DNA from: Bdellovibrionia bacterium
GTDB taxonomy: Bacteria > Bdellovibrionota > UBA1018
Length of the DNA: 46,018 nucleotides
NCBI GenBank assembly: GCA_045805065.1
Contig: JBJMMA010000040.1
Location: 1 to 46,018, forward strand
Reading direction: 5' to 3'
Shown here one piece after another: positions 45,673-46,018 of this stretch (position 1 is the stretch's first letter; every line of letters starts with the position of its first letter). A model generated the notes under the pieces. The model was not told where the DNA came from, ran no database searches, and saw only the letters and a list, made by a program, of their open reading frames with translations. Both the position numbers and the translations under genes were made by a program.

Positions 45673-46018
45673 TTAAGCTTTCTTTAAGAATGGGCAGTAC
45701 ATCACTGCCTCACCTTCGATGACGGCCTTTTGTTTAGAGTTCAGAACTTGAGTCTGAACATTCACAATCGGCTTATCCGTTCGAACGTCAGTGATGGTCA
45801 GGACAACGGTCACTTCCTCACCCACATAGACCGGCAGCTTGAACGTCAAGTTCTGGCTCATGTAAATCGAGCCTTCGCCCGGAAGCTTCATCGCCAGAGC
45901 AGTGGAGATCAGGCTTGCCGAGAGCATGCCGTGAACGATGGGCTTCTTGAACATCGTTTTTGCCGCAAACTCCGGATCCAGGTGAATAGGATTTTGGTCC
46001 CCACTCAGATCCGCAAAG
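45673..46018 (-). CDS. MaoC/PhaJ-like (R)-specific enoyl-CoA hydratase, 5' end outside the window
   Basis: Reading from the window edge: FADLSGDQNPIHLDPEFA...IVHGML...LPG.GSIY.SQ.L.F..PV. Confidence 0.9.
   Translation of the reverse strand, partial: FADLSGDQNPIHLDPEFAAKTMFKKPIVHGMLSASLISTALAMKLPGEGSIYMSQNLTFKLPVYVGEEVTVVLTITDVRTDKPIVNVQTQVLNSKQKAVIEGEAVMYCPFLKKA

Noticed and set aside
1..46018. Prophage, transposon, retron or defence island
   Set aside because: No integrase, transposase, reverse transcriptase, capsid or recognisable defence gene was seen. The PLDs are exported two-HKD lipase types, not the single-HKD nuclease type.

Overview
A gene-dense bacterial chromosomal segment with about 42 CDSs. 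I saw no rRNA, tRNA, CRISPR array or mobile element. The gene content suggests a Gram-negative Bdellovibrionota/Oligoflexia-like organism, which is an inference. Main blocks, in order: (1) an inositol-phospholipid locus (Gfo/Idh/MocA oxidoreductase, ino1, CDP-alcohol phosphatidyltransferase) next to two tandem phospholipase D paralogs that each carry a sigma54-type promoter; (2) a signalling cluster (LuxR-REC-PilZ fusion, hemerythrin, pseudoREC-HD-GYP) followed by rpmF and an M17 peptidase; (3) a ~12.8 kb minus-strand run with an ApbE / FMN-binding / NapH-NapG-like fusion / beta-barrel module, gluQ, and a four-gene exported CxxCH + Tat (DUF1585/DUF1501-like) cluster; (4) a kinase-like secreted protein divergent from a VTC-domain + ABC exporter pair, separated by back-to-back sigma54 motifs; (5) a lipoprotein fusing a PQQ sugar-dehydrogenase propeller to an apparently intact lysyl oxidase domain; (6) DUF3465, EEP hydrolase, the DUF2844-DUF3443 pair and a partial MaoC dehydratase. 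The strongest novelty candidates are the PQQ-dehydrogenase/lysyl-oxidase fusion and the envelope redox region. All family calls come from motif recognition by eye, not database searches.
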